From Eledone cirrhosa (taxonomy: Eukaryota): a stretch of DNA of 64,000 nucleotides. Positions within the stretch are counted from its first letter, which is position 1. Every line of letters starts with the position of its first letter. The translations under genes were made by a program, and so were the position numbers. The stretch spans positions 26,288,001 to 26,352,000 of the forward strand of contig OZ024744.1 in NCBI GenBank assembly GCA_964016885.1, written 5' to 3'. Positions 1 through 12,465 of this stretch are shown here, in pieces. The notes below the pieces were generated by a model. The model did not search any database. It saw only the letters and a list, made by a program, of their open reading frames with translations, and was not told where the DNA came from.

Positions 1-414
1 GAAGAGAAAAATTATTAAGGTTTGTGTGTAGAAAGATTTGAGAAAAATAATGTGAAGTTAAAGTTTGTATATTGAAGGAATTGATATTATATGCGAATAA
101 AGAGTTAATATGTATTAATAATGAGTTCGTTGATGGGGAGAAAAAAATAATAAATTAAGGATGAAATTGAGATTAAAAAGATTTATGATAGAGAGAAAAA
201 ATAATAATGATTGTGGATGAATATTCTAACGTCAAAACAACAAATGTATATGTTATGATTTTACAAGGTGAAGATAGAATGAGGGTAATGAGTAAACAAG
301 TATTATAGAGTGTATAATGCCCTTTAAAGTAAGGTAGATGGATATATTTTAAAGAGGTGTATGTATATGTGCCTTTGAGAAAAGATTCTAAATTGATAAA
401 GAATTGAATATTAA

Positions 415-1560
415 CTGTATACTTTGTGAAAAGTTCTATGGAATTTATGCAGGCAGATAGAAAACAAATCTGTGCGTCTATTTATTATAGAATCTAGGTT
501 AGAGATAATGGTAAATTTTTCATTTAGGCAGAGATTACAGATTTTAGATAGAGAGCTGTTCAAGTATGAGGATGCAGAAGAAATCTTCTTCCAAAAGATG
601 GTATATTTAATGTTTTTGTCTTTTAAGGACCATATGAGTTCTGAGAGAGCAGTGTTGGTTCTTTTAAGTTTGTATTTGAAAGATGAATGATGATTATAGA
701 GACGAGCTTTAAAAGAGGTGGAAGTGGAGCCAAAATAGGTGAAGGAATTGGTGCTAGTTATAATTTTACATTAATAAATTAAGTTTTTATCGAGACAATG
801 GTTGTTGAGAGGACATTTATTTTTAATGCGGCAGTTGCAATTAGAGAGATTATTAATGAGTGATCTAGTGTTATCTATAGAAGGAATTGGATTGGAGAAG
901 TTGTTTGCGATAGGAATAATAGGAATAATAGTTTCTTGATTTAGAGTTGGATTATGAACATTTAGCGAAGTTGTGTTTGACGTTGTATTTGGGTTTACAG
1001 AAGTTAGCCTAGGGTTTACAATGACGTCGGGAGTACTATTACTGTTATTATGAAATTCAATATTGGAAGGAAGAGATTTAGTATTTAGTATTTTATTGTT
1101 GTGTTTAGAGATGATGTTGGAAATATTGGAGGATGTAGAATACGAAAATTTGATGGTGTGTTTGTTAAATATTTTACTATAGATATGTGAGGGAGGGAAG
1201 CATTTATTTAAGGCACTAAAAAATAATTTAGGAATATTGTTATTAATAGAGATGGAGAAAGGAGCATTATACCAGATTATGTTTTTGTATCTCGGTCTTT
1301 TATTAAAATTATTGGAATGGTCATGATTAATTATTCTACTGTAAGTTTTTCTAGAATTTGTTTCTTTACTATATTTGATTTTATCTGGATAGCCGGCTTT
1401 AGAAAGTGCGTTATTATAGTAATTGGCGTTAGCATCAAAGATGTTTTTATTAGAAGATATGTTAGATATTCTATTTCCAATATTATTAACAATAGCATTC
1501 TTGATATTGGTAGGATGGTTAGATTTAAAGTTAACATATTATTGCATGATGATGTTTGTT
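415..1560 (-). mobile_element. Penelope-like element remnant (RT thumb/linker + GIY-YIG endonuclease, stops/frameshifts)
   Basis: Hand translation of minus strand: SNHPTNIKNAIVNNIGNRISNISSNKNIFDANANYYNNALSKAGY; KIFNKHTIKFSYS; CNCRIKNKCPLNNHCL..LIY..TYFGSTSTSFKARLYNHHSSF..LSELIWSLK..CNLCLNE. These are typical PLE motifs. Confidence 0.85.
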
Positions 1561-1835
1561 TTTGCGCATAATAAAATACATGGAACTCCTTTAACCATCT
1601 TTTGATCTTATATTATGCATACTCCAGTCCTACAAACTGTAGAGTGCTTCTTATCCGATATCTGCATTGCTTTATTGTACTACAATAAAACTCACCTCCT
1701 ACATATATATATATAATTGGTGTGGCATGCTTAATGCGTCCGTATGTGGTAGGCCGTTTGAGCACTCGATGCTCTTACAGAGCAGAGTATGATATCACAT
1801 AAGAAACGCACCACTGATTCACCGTTTCATATGTG

Positions 1836-1867
<32 letters not shown>

Positions 1868-2198
1868 TAATTTTTTGTGTTGGATATTTGGGCAAAAATG
1901 TATACACACTAGACCCTGTATGAGAAACTTGTTTGTCGATCTGTCTGTATACATACCTTCAGTTGGAGTTGCTATCTTTCTTAATTTGATATAGGTCCTA
2001 TGGGGAGTTAGATAGATAGATAGAGAGTGTAACGAGGGAGATGCGTTAGCCCTGAGAGAGAAAGAGGGAGAAACAGTGAGAGAGAACTAAAGAAACCACT
2101 TGGGAATGTATGACGTAATTTAAAAAAAATCTGCTTACATATTTTTGACGGCCATTAACTGGATGTTGTCAACCGAACCGAGAGTGAAGGACAAATAC

Positions 2199-2258
<60 letters not shown>

Positions 2259-2328
2259 TAAATAGACAAATAATTTGTAATAATAACAACAATAACAACA
2301 TCAATAATAATAATAATAATAATTAGAC

Positions 2329-2365
<37 letters not shown>

Positions 2366-2767
2366 GACTGGAATAACCGATTAAGTAAATAAATGCATTT
2401 TTCTTAGAAAGACACACACAAACAACAACAACAACAACAAACAAACAGAAAAATTAATAACATGTACTAATGCCATTCTTTAAGCATTTACGAGAAATTG
2501 TCAACATTCTTTTCCGAATATTGAATCCACTTCATGTGTGTGTGGGGGAGGGGGGGGGGGGTTAAGTTTTTTGTTCTTAAATATATATTTCAGTCTTATC
2601 TGGTGAATGATTTAAAAAAAAATACAACCTAATGAAACAAGAAAGTAAGATAAATAAATAAATATGTAAATAATTTTTTTTTTTAATTGAAATAAATAAA
2701 ATAGCAATAAAAATATAGTCGATGTTTAGAGAATCAGTAAGAATTTATGATATTTAGATGAATAACA

Positions 2768-2852
2768 GTTTCTACTATAGGCACAAGGCCAGCAATTTGA
2801 AGAGTAGGGGAAAGTTTTAATTTGACCACAGTGCATTACTGGTACTCTATTT
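2768..2852 (-). mobile_element. SINE family 1, 3' fragment
   Basis: TTTCTACTATAGGCACAAGGCCAGCAATT..GTGCATTACTGGTACT is the reverse complement of the 3' part of the SINE at 9347-9530. Confidence 0.7.
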
Positions 2853-2971
2853 CTTATTTCACGGTGACGCTGTCTTATTGTTCTATACTAACTTAAAACA
2901 AAACAGTAACCTTTTACTATTACTGAATGAACAATAGAGGAACCTTAATGTATGTTTAGTTTGTCTATGTC

Positions 2972-3228
2972 TAGTGGTTAGTGTATTCGGCTCACCATAG
3001 TAAACTCGTGGTGTCGATTCCCGTCCATTCAGCTGGCAAATAGGAGTTGTACTTGTAATTCGAATTGCCAGTGTGGACACATTGTCACACATTGTCTCCC
3101 TGAGTACTATCGTAAGGATGCGCCGTGTCTGTGGAATGCTCAGTCACTTGCACGTTAATTTCACGAGCAGGCTATTCTGTGGATCGTATTATCTGGAACA
3201 TTCATCATCGTAACCGACGGACGCCAGA
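2972..3228 (+). mobile_element. tRNA-derived SINE family 2
   Basis: Box A-like TAGTGGTTAG and box B-like GTGTCGATTCCC; a weakly related copy lies at ~15550-15800. Confidence 0.5.
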
Positions 3229-3275
3229 TCTTCTGTGTCAGTGTACATTTGTGTGTGTTTGTGTACGTATCTGTA

Positions 3276-4102
3276 GGAATGCGCTTCAAACAGTTGGTAG
3301 AAAAAGGACAGTCGGAAAAAACGGTTTCAGTTATGATATTTATTTGTCAACATATGCTCCATCCTGTTCAATACACTTCTGCAAGGGTTGATACCAGCCT
3401 TTAATTCCATCTGTGTAAAACTGAGAGCCATGTGATTTAAACCATGTCAAACAAGCGTTGATACCAGCCTTTAAGTCCATTTGTGTAAAACTGAGGGCTA
3501 TGTGATTTAAACCATGTCAAACAACCGTTGATACCAGCCTTTAAGTCCAGCTGTGTAAAACTGAGGCCCATGTGATTTAAACCATGTCAAACAACCGTTG
3601 ATACCAGCCTTTAAGTCCATCTGTGTAAAACTGAGGCCCATGTGATTTAAACCATGTCAAACAACCGTTGATACCAGCCTTTAAGTCCCTTTGTGTAAAA
3701 CTGAGGACCATGTGACTTAAACCATGTCAAAGTAGCTTACTTTTACATCTTCAACTGGGGATCATCTTCAACCTCATCTCTTCCACTTCTAAAACGACTT
3801 ATCTATTTGTAGGTTGTTGATTTATTTGGGACATTCTCCCCATAAACTTGCTTGAGAGTGTCAATGATTTGGCTGCTCTGCCACCCTAGATTCACCATGA
3901 ATTTGATGTTTTGATGGAGGCCATGCTGCTGAAGGGTGCTGATATCCAACTGGTGGTGCCGCGTTGCAATGTGCATATAAGGGTTCATGTTAGAACATGT
4001 TATGACACGTTAGTAAGAGAACGTACAGGTGCATTTAGATCACAATCCCTGCATATGATGTTTAGCTATGTACCCTTTCCACGAGCTATTTGAAGCCCTG
4101 CG
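3276..4102 (-). mobile_element. Internally deleted mariner (Hsmar2/irritans-like) transposon
   Basis: N-term NIKFMVNLGWQSSQIIDTLKQVYGENVPNKSTTYK and C-term LTWFKSHGSQFYTDGIKGWYQPLQKCIEQDGAYVDK*; imperfect TIRs (GCTTCAAACAGTTGGTAGAAA / TTTCCACGAGCTATTTGAAGC) with flanking TA. Confidence 0.85.
3387..3730. repeat. 70-bp tandem repeat, ~5 copies, derived from transposase C-terminal coding sequence
   Basis: GTTGATACCAGCC recurs at 3387, 3457, 3527, 3597, 3667. Confidence 0.95.
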
Positions 4103-4186
4103 TATAGATATGTATGTACGTATGTACCTATGTACGTATGTATGAACGTATGTATGTATGTACGTATGTATGTATGTATGTATGTT

Positions 4187-4785
4187 AGGTCACCAGTTGG
4201 TGCTACTGGTAACATGTATCCCAGTACAACCTGTCTCATGGTCGGGTCGTAGGCGACTAAACTGGCAACCCCACCAAGGTTTCTTGGTGAGGAGGGTGAC
4301 TTTGGACATCCTGCAGGACTAAAAACAAAACCTGTCAAAAGGCAAAGTTGCTCTTAAGAGTCAATGGCCATCCAAAATCACCGGGAGAGATGACCCCTTT
4401 GTCAAGGCAGAATTCTAGGAGAAGGAAAACTCTGATATAACACCTGCAACCCTGATGGTATCCAATGATGTTGACTTGTTCTTCTTTTTGGTAAATATCG
4501 TCTTGGTTAAGAGAGTGGGACTGGCTTTGTGCAGTGCCTTTGCTCACTATAAAAGCTTCACGGCACAGGCATTGCTTTATATCTGGAGATCTCTCTGCAC
4601 TTGTCGTCACATGGTACCATGGTCCCAGCACTATGTGTCAATAATTGTCACAAGTGTAGTGTTTGTACCAGAGTTTTCAAGTTGCTGGCTGGAATAAAAG
4701 GTCACACTCGCTCAGCGCATCGGTAGGGGTTCTCCTACATGGATATAAATTAGTTGCCGTACTCCAAAACGAGTTGGCAGCCAAC
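4187..4785 (+). mobile_element. 5' module of a non-LTR retroelement: structured leader plus short C2H2 zinc-finger reading frame
   Basis: Leader homologous to 8894-9330 and 53467-53770; ATG at 4619 opens MVPALCVNNCHKCSVCTRVFKLLAGIKGHTRSAHR* (C-x2-C-x12-H-x4-H); (TATG)n on both sides. Confidence 0.65.
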
Positions 4786-5164
4786 ATGTATGTATGTACG
4801 TATGTATGTATGTATGTATGTATGTATGTATGTATGTATGTATGTATGTATGTATGTATGTATGTATGCATGCATGAATGTACGCATGTATCTATGTATG
4901 TATGTATATATGTATGTACGTAAGTATGTATGTATGTTCTTCTGGTTTTATAATTTCACAAATGTTTACCAATAGAGAGAGAGAGACGGTTTCTAACATA
5001 GACACAAGACTCTCATTGGAATTTACACAAATTCAACTAGGTAGATATGTATGTATGCATGCATGTGTAGATATGGATGTTATTGTATGTGTGTATGTAG
5101 ATGTGTTGAGTTGTATGTGTGCATGTGTATATGCTTTGTATCTGTACATGTGTATATGCAGTTA

Positions 5165-8160
5165 TTAGATACAAAATGTTTGGAATGTTGTACATATTTT
5201 TACTGTTCCATTAATGGATTGTACTTGTAATTTCCTAACTAGTTGTGTTCTTTCTGATCCTGAGAAGCCTAGCTTCTCAAGATTTGTACTGAGGCACTTA
5301 CTAACATATCCCAGGGCCCCAATAATCACAGGCATAAATCTGAAGGTGTAATCAGGGTGGAGTATCTGCAGCTTTCTCATCAGTTTTGCATAAATATTCT
5401 CCTTTTCACTAATCTTTGATATTATATTGGCATCTGCTGGGTAGCTAATTTCCACTACTGTGCATGCTTTCTTCTCCCTGTCCCATATCATAATATCTGG
5501 TCTGTTATGGCTGCATTTTATTGGGGTTTTTACTGGAACATTCCACCTGTACTCTTTCATATTATGTACATGGATGTCTTCCACATTGTTGTAGTTTTTA
5601 ATGTGTTTATTATCGGGGCTATCTTTTTTATGAACTGTATTGTACAGTGTTTTGGCCACTACATCATGCCTCATAGGTAGATAGTACCGCGATGACATCT
5701 TTGGACAGATGCTGATGACATGGTTGATATCCTCGATGTTAGTTCTGCAGAGTCTGCACTTGTTATCACATCTAGGTGTTTTGCCTGCATCCCTATCTCT
5801 TTTGTGAATCAGGTATTTCGTGCTAATCTCCTGTTCCTGGATTGCAAAAGCGTATCCTTCAAATGGGAGCCAATATAGCGGTTGTTGGTCCAAGATAGAC
5901 TACTTTCCTTATCTATATTACTCTCACTCTGGAGCTTCCTGGCAACATATCCATGCATGATTTTTTGCTGATAGGTATGCAGTTTTTCATCCATGGATTC
6001 ACTGTGATACTGCTGAGCGACATCCCTGGGTGTGAGTTTTTTATTATCACACAGGGAATATCTCTCAAGGAGTTCCTTCCCAACTCTCATGATCTTATCT
6101 GTTTCATGCAGATAGACTTGCTCGAGAAACGGGTTCCTACGTTCGAGGTTCGTAGATGTCGGAGAGATATGATGCGGCATTCAAATGTTGTCTGGACTGA
6201 TGTTAGGCCCCTGCCTCCCTGCTTACGTTTCAAGTAAAGGCGGTTTATATCACTGTTGATGTGGAAGTTTCCGGTGTTGTTTAGTATTTTTCGAGTTCCA
6301 ACATCAACTGCTCGGATTTAGTCTATCGTCCAATTGAGTATTCCAAACGTTGGTGTTAGAACAGGCACAGCAAACACATTGTGAGCCACTGTTTTGTTTT
6401 GCGCAGAGAGTTCCGATGACCAGATCTTTCTTAATCGGGTGTAGTATTCCCAGGTTACGCGTTCTTTATTACAGATACCATTTTAGGATATGTTCTCATC
6501 TATCCCCAGGTATCTGTAGCCGTCTTCATCAGATATCGGTGAAACAGTTAGGCCATTGATGACAATGTTGCTAGATTGGGTTGTTGTTTTTCCCCGCTTT
6601 ACAAACATATATGAACATTTATCTTGGCAAACTCTATTCCAATATCCTTTGAGAACGTTGTAACCAGGTCAAGATTTTTCTTCATCCCATCCATGTTCTT
6701 GGTATAGAGTTTCACATCGTCCACAAAGAAATTATGGGTTAGGTTCGTATTTCTGTCCTCCTGTGATCCAATGATGTATCCCTCCCATTTATTGAGCAGA
6801 AAGGACAAGGGGTTTAATGACAAGATGAAGAATATCACAGAGAGACTGTCCCCCTGAAATATACCCCTGCAATATTTTATTTTATCAGTAAAATTCGAGT
6901 CCTCTCTCTCTGACGTTAACTTTAGGATAGTAGCCCAAGAAGAAGACAGCATCTCTATGGCTCTGACAATAATGTCTGGGACTTTAGCAAGTCGGAGGGC
7001 CTCTATCATGCAAGAGTGGGGAACAGAATCGAAAGCTTTCCTGTAGTCCAGCCAGACTATAGCCATATTCCTCCTAAGTTGTCGCACCTCCAACATCGCA
7101 GTTTTGTTGATTATTTGTTCAGCACATCCCCAAACCCTTTTATTTCCAGCTGCTTGTTCATCTGTGATGATGTTATTATTTTCACAGTGATCTTGGAGGA
7201 ATAGGTTCAGGGAGGCTGTATACATCTTATACATCAGGATCTGGCTTGCAATGGGTCGGAAGTTTTTTGCCAAGTGGGTGACTTTGTTCTTGGGGACCAG
7301 TAATGTTTGTGTTAATGTCAACCATTCTGGTATAAGTGTATCTCCCTTAAGAACTTGTTGGTAGATGTCAGTAAGATACCTCCGATAGAATATCAGTTTT
7401 TTGTACCAGTAGCCGACAATCATGTCTCTTCCTGGTGTTTTCTTATCTTGGAGTTTTCCTATCACAGTCTCAAGGGTACCTCACTTATTTCGTATGTTTT
7501 TGTTGAGTGTAGGAGCAATAGTTCTTTCGGATTTCTCTTAGCCACACTGCATCTTGGTTGAAATTCTTCTTTTCACCCCATATTTTGCTCCAAAAGGAAT
7601 CTGTCTTTCTGGGATGGGGACTCAGTGACACTTATTATTTTGTTCTTCACATCTCTATAGACTGATGTTTGGTTTCGTCTGAATCTTTTATTAAGCACTT
7701 TTCTCTCATCTACCTTCTTCAGGTATCGGCGTTTTTCGCTAATAGCTCTCAATTCTTGTTTGAGGGTGATCAGCTTATATTGGAGAGTTCTGGTTCTACT
7801 GTTACCAAACATCGTCTCTATTTTATTTTTCACTCTTTGTTGGTGAGGAGTGAGGTTTTTTAGTGTTTGTTTGCATATAAGGAGCATTGTCACCTATCCT
7901 ATGGTTTTTCGTACGTCAGCAATCTTTTTTTCTATTTTAGTTATATATGATGGTATTTTTGGTGGTGTTCTGTTCTTGTTAATATCTCTGCTATCACCAA
8001 GATGAACCTTCACTGTCGTTGCTAAGGCGTTGATTTGCCAAAATGTTGGGGTTTTTATCTGTCGTAAAAAATCATCCCCTATTTCACCAATAACACGTAA
8101 TATTTCTTTATTTGGTTTTTTTTATTAAACATTGTCGTTTTAATACGTTCAGCAAGAGAG
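5165..8160 (-). pseudogene. R4/Dong-clade non-LTR retrotransposon, RT + CCHC + restriction-like endonuclease, frameshifted and 5'-truncated
   Basis: RT motifs NFRPI, WLDYRKAFDSVPH, GIFQGDSLS, FVDD (6599-7465); CRLC..HVISICP, RHD, RPDI..VEIS.P, PVIIGALG (5165-5893). Confidence 0.9.
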
Positions 8161-8344
8161 ATATTTATACATGAATTAATTTCACTCTGGAAGATTTTGT
8201 TGAGTGAAATTGTATGTATATATATATGTACATATGTATGTACGTATGTATGTACGTACGTATGTATGTATGTATGTATGTATGTATGTATGTATGTATG
8301 TATGTATGTATGTATGTATGTATGTATGTATGTACGTATGTATG

Positions 8345-8590
8345 TATGTTATCTATTTCTCTTAATTTCGAGTATATTTTTTTTGACCGGCGACCTTCCT
8401 GGTGGCAAGGTTGTAAAAGAAAAGAAATTGTCATCCCTTGAATCGCAAAAATGTTTTGCAAATTTTGAAGGTGCGAGTTATCGCAGCCATTTGTAGACTA
8501 TGAATTAGGGAGCTGCGCTTTTTGTCCGCAAATCCAAGTTCAGTCATACTTTGGTCCAAGCGGGTTGGTATATAACCCGTAGCTCCAATA
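8345..8590 (-). mobile_element. R4/Dong-like 3' end fragment with (CATA)n tail
   Basis: [31 protein letters not shown]; 3' UTR shared with 49860-50045; abuts (TATG)n at 8213-8348. Confidence 0.8.
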
Positions 8591-8752
8591 ATTGTTTCTA
8601 GGCACTTTAGGCACAAGGCCAGCAATTACCCAGTGCATTACTGGTACTTTATTTTATCGACCCCTCGGCGGGATTTGAACTCAGATCGTAAAGGGACGTA
8701 ACTTTGCTGGAAAGCATGGCGTCCGACCCTCTACCGATACTGCCAATCCACC
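8588..8752 (-). mobile_element. SINE family 1 (internally deleted)
   Basis: Reverse complement of the 9347-9530 copy. Confidence 0.9.
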
Positions 8753-8893
8753 ACCGCCAATAATGATGGGTATGAAGCTAAAGGTGTATCTTGGATACTG
8801 GATTTGTAAACTCCTCATCAATGGCCCGTAGATGTCCTCCTTCTCCTGTATTTTTGTATATATGTATGTATGTATATATGTATGTATATATGT

Positions 8894-9582
8894 GCTACTG
8901 GTAACATGTAACCCAGTACAACCTGACGCATGGTCGGGTCGTCGGCGACTAAACCGGCAACCCCGCCAAGTTTACTTGGTGAGGAGGGTGATTTTGGACA
9001 CGCTGCAGGACAAAAAACAAAACCTAACAAAGGGCGGATGAACTCATAAGAGTCAACGACCATACAAAAGTGTGTAAATATGTACCGCGCTGTTAAACCA
9101 CTGGGAGTGAAGGACCCCTAGCCTTGTGAGGGCATTCTTCTAGGAGAAGGCAACTCAGGAATCTGGGATAACTCCGATATAAAACCTGCGGCTCAATAGT
9201 TACCGATGATGTTGATCTATTCTGCTTTTCGGGTTATAGCTACTGTCGCTCAGAGAGTGGGATTGGCTCAGTGCACAGTCTTTCCTCACTTTAAAAACTA
9301 TTTTCATGCACTGGCATTGGTCGATAGAATTAATTAATAATTATTAGATTGGCAGTATCGGTAGAGGGTCGGACGCCATGCTTTCCAGCATAGTTACGTC
9401 CCTTTACGATCTGAGTTCAAATCCCGCCGAGGTTGACTTTGCCTTTCATCCTTACGGGGTCGATAAAATAAAGTACCAGTAATGCACTGGGTAATTGCTG
9501 GCCTTGTGCCTAAAGTAGAAACAATTATTAATAATGGTATATCGTGCAATGGCCATACTCGATAACGAGTGGCAGCTATCAT
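8894..9582 (+). mobile_element. Non-autonomous element sharing the 4187 leader, interrupted by a SINE
   Basis: 8894-9330 matches 4202-4575; 9100-9340 plus 9530-9582 matches the reverse complement of 53467-53770. Confidence 0.8.
9347..9530 (+). mobile_element. tRNA-derived SINE family 1, full length
   Basis: Box A TGGCAGTATCGG, box B GAGTTCAAATCC, central GCCTTTCATCCTTACGGGGTCGATAAAATAAAGTACCAG, (ATT)n tail; about 11 copies in the window. Confidence 0.92.
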
Positions 9583-10683
9583 GTATATATGTATATATGT
9601 GTGTATGTATGTATGTGTGTATGTGTGTGTCTGTGTATGCCTGTGCCTGTGTATATTCGTGAATGCTTGTGGTTATGTGTGTTTATATATGCCTGTGTGT
9701 GTGTTCATATATTATTTTGTGTGTATATGTGTGTGTGTGTTTTCTTGTGTGTGTATTTGTGTTTGAGTATGTGTTTATGTATGCCTTTGTGTCTGTGTTT
9801 ATGTATGATTGTGTATATGTGAGCGTGTGTTTGTGTACATGTGTGTTTATGTATGCCTGTATGTCTGTGTGCATGTGTTTGTGTATGTGTGTTTTTGTAT
9901 GCCTGTGTGACTGTGTTCGTCTGTTTGTGTATATGTTTGTTTATGTATGCATGTGTATTGTATATGTTTGTATGTGCATGTATGTGTTATTAATGTATTT
10001 GTGTATGTTGTTGCTCCTTATTTTCTGTTTGTAATATATTATTTGTTGATTTCTTGTTGTCACGTGATTTATTATATGTGTTTGGTATGTCGAACATAGA
10101 ATGTCTGCTGTGGTGTGAGTGGTGAATGAGAACGCTGCGACTATATAACCGTAGCTGTCATTTACTTCCGCTTTCTTTTTATTTAAAGATTTTCTTTGAA
10201 AGTAAGATGGCTTCTGTTATTTTTCTCTAATTTATTTTTGAATTTTTTTTTTTAAATTACATTTTTTCTTTATTATTATTAATGATAGCTGGCCCCGTGC
10301 CGTCAAAAATAATGGCTAATTGTAATATCTATACATAATATAAAAAAGAGATGTTTGTTTGTTGCTTGCTTCCTTCGCGCTCACTCACACAAGTGATACA
10401 AACATACGAACACACAACTGTGATGAACGCTGGACTTCTATAGTTTCTCTCACACCCACCCACCCCTCCTCAGTCATCACATAGATGTGTGTGTATGTAA
10501 TAATTATATTTTTAAGTGTGTCTGTTTCAGTCGACATTATCACCCCTTCCTTCCTCAGTCGACGTAATTCCCCCTTCCTGCCTCACTCATCTCTAGTGTG
10601 TGACGGACAAATACACACGGCTTTTGTATGAATTGATTATTATTATTTGTTGTTGTTGTTGTTGTTATCTTTATAATGTTGTG

Positions 10684-11530
10684 GATTGGCAGTGTCAGTT
10701 GAACGTCGGACAACATACTTTACGGCATATAGATATGTTCCTTTATGGTCAAAGTTCAAACCCCGCCGAGGTTAACTGTGCCTTTCATCCTTACAGGGTA
10801 AAAAAAAAAAGAATAAATAAAATAGCAGTAATGCACTGGAGTCAATTTAATCAACTCTCCCCCCACCAATATTTTTGGCTTTGTGCCTAAGACAGAAGCC
10901 ATTATTAATGGTATTATTATATTGCTGATTATTATTATATTAATTATATTATTATATTTGCCTTTCATCCTTACGGGGTCGATAAAATAAAGTACCAGTA
11001 ATGTACTGGGGTAATTGCTGGCCTTGTGCCAAAAGTAAAAACAATTATTATATTGCTGTAGATTGGCAGTATCGGTAGAGGGTCGGACGCCATGCTTTCT
11101 AGCAGAGAGTTACCACCCTTTATGATCTGAGTTCAAATCCCGTCGAGTTTAACTTTGCTTTTCATCTTTACGGGGTCGATAAAATAAAGTACCAGTAATG
11201 TACTGGGATAATTGCTGGCCTTATGCCAAAAGTAGAAACAATTATTATCACATTGCTGTTATTGTTGCTGCTGTTGCTGCTGCTGTTATTGTTGCTGTTG
11301 TTGTTATAATGTAGTAAATTGACAGAATCGTTAAAACGTCGGACATAATGCTTTGCAGCAATTAGCAACGGCCCTTTATCTTCTGAGTTCAAACCCCACC
11401 GATGTCAATTTTGACTTTTCATCCCTCCGAGGTCAGTAAAATAAGATACCATAAGGCTCTGTGGTCGATGCAATTGACGTCAACCACCCCTCAAAATACT
11501 GGCCTTGTGACAAATGTCGAAACAATTATT
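10684..11530 (+). mobile_element. Tandem cluster of four SINE family 1 copies
   Basis: Copies at ~10684-10905, 10957-11050 (3' half), 11061-11248 and 11318-11530, separated by (ATT)/(GTT) tracts. Confidence 0.88.
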
Positions 11531-11649
11531 ATTTGTGGATCATAGACTCAACTGTGTCACATCACCCTATATACATTGGTATTTGTAATTTACACAATAT
11601 ATATATAAAATATATTAATAAATGGAAACTATATTTATAAAACCATATT

Positions 11650-11715
11650 TATTTTATTATACATATTTCAAGGGCAACCAAGGCACATTATGGTGCGCTT
11701 TCATCAGATAAAATA
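11650..11715 (-). ncRNA. Type I hammerhead ribozyme, family A
   Basis: Minus strand: TATTTTAT CTGATGA AAGCGCACCA..TGGTTGCCCTT GAAA TATGTA TA ATAAAATA. Confidence 0.8.
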
Positions 11716-11922
11716 CAGATTTGTTCCACAAATAAATATTGACATACCCGGAAAAAAAGACAACCTTAACGGTTGGAGCTTCCTGGATAGTGGAGATAGT
11801 ACATTTATTGAGGGTGATACAAAATTATGAGTGAGTATGCAAATGAGTGTCCGAAAGGTTAGAAGATAATTTTGTTGTCTTTTTTTCCGGGTATGTCAAT
11901 ATTTATTTATAAAACAAATCTG

Positions 11923-11988
11923 TATTTTATCTGATGAAAGCGCACCATAATTTGTCTTGGTTGCCCTTGAAATATGTATAATAAAATA
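11923..11988 (+). ncRNA. Type I hammerhead ribozyme, family A
   Basis: Stem I TATTTTAT/ATAAAATA, CTGATGA, stem II, GAAA, near-palindromic stem III ATATGTAT; predicted cleavage after 11980. Confidence 0.8.
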
Positions 11989-12098
11989 AATATGGTTTTA
12001 TAAATATAGTTTCCATTTACTAATATATTGTATATTTCTCCACTAAACTGTTGAGTGCTTTATATCAGTATGAAAAATATTAAATTAAATATAACCTC

Positions 12099-12143
<45 letters not shown>

Positions 12144-12299
12144 CAGGAAAGAAGGTTGACATGGTTTGCTATGAAAACGCCTTGTTGAGTCAAACCAAGT
12201 CAAGTCAAACCAAGCCAAGCGTAATATCATCTACTACCTGGAATACCATAACTGGACTTTACCTAAGTGGACTGCATTTAACTATTATTTGTTACCCCG

Positions 12300-12331
<32 letters not shown>

Positions 12332-12465
12332 TATATATATATATTATATATATATATTATATATATATTATACACACACACAGGCACACGCGCACACTAT
12401 CCAAAAGTAACGGTTGCATTTTGTAAGGGTATGTCAATATTTATTTATAAAACCGGTATATATTG

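Larger units (their letters stand above)
11610..12028. repeat. Inverted-repeat cassette, HHR family A (PLE pLTR-like), arms ~150 bp
   Basis: 11610-11763 is the near reverse complement of 11875-12028. Confidence 0.92.

Noticed and set aside
1792-1839. Hairpin ATATCACATAAGAAACG..CGTTTCATATGTGATAT
   Set aside because: Real but short, single and next to (TA)n; no evidence for a miRNA or ribozyme
4187-4330. Canonical HDV-like or twister ribozyme
   Set aside because: P1-like GGTCACC/GGTGACT and CTAA are present, but I could not place a valid P3/L3 or twister P4 loop; kept only as a structured-leader finding
9347-9430. tRNA genes
   Set aside because: Boxes A and B belong to SINE heads; no cloverleaf
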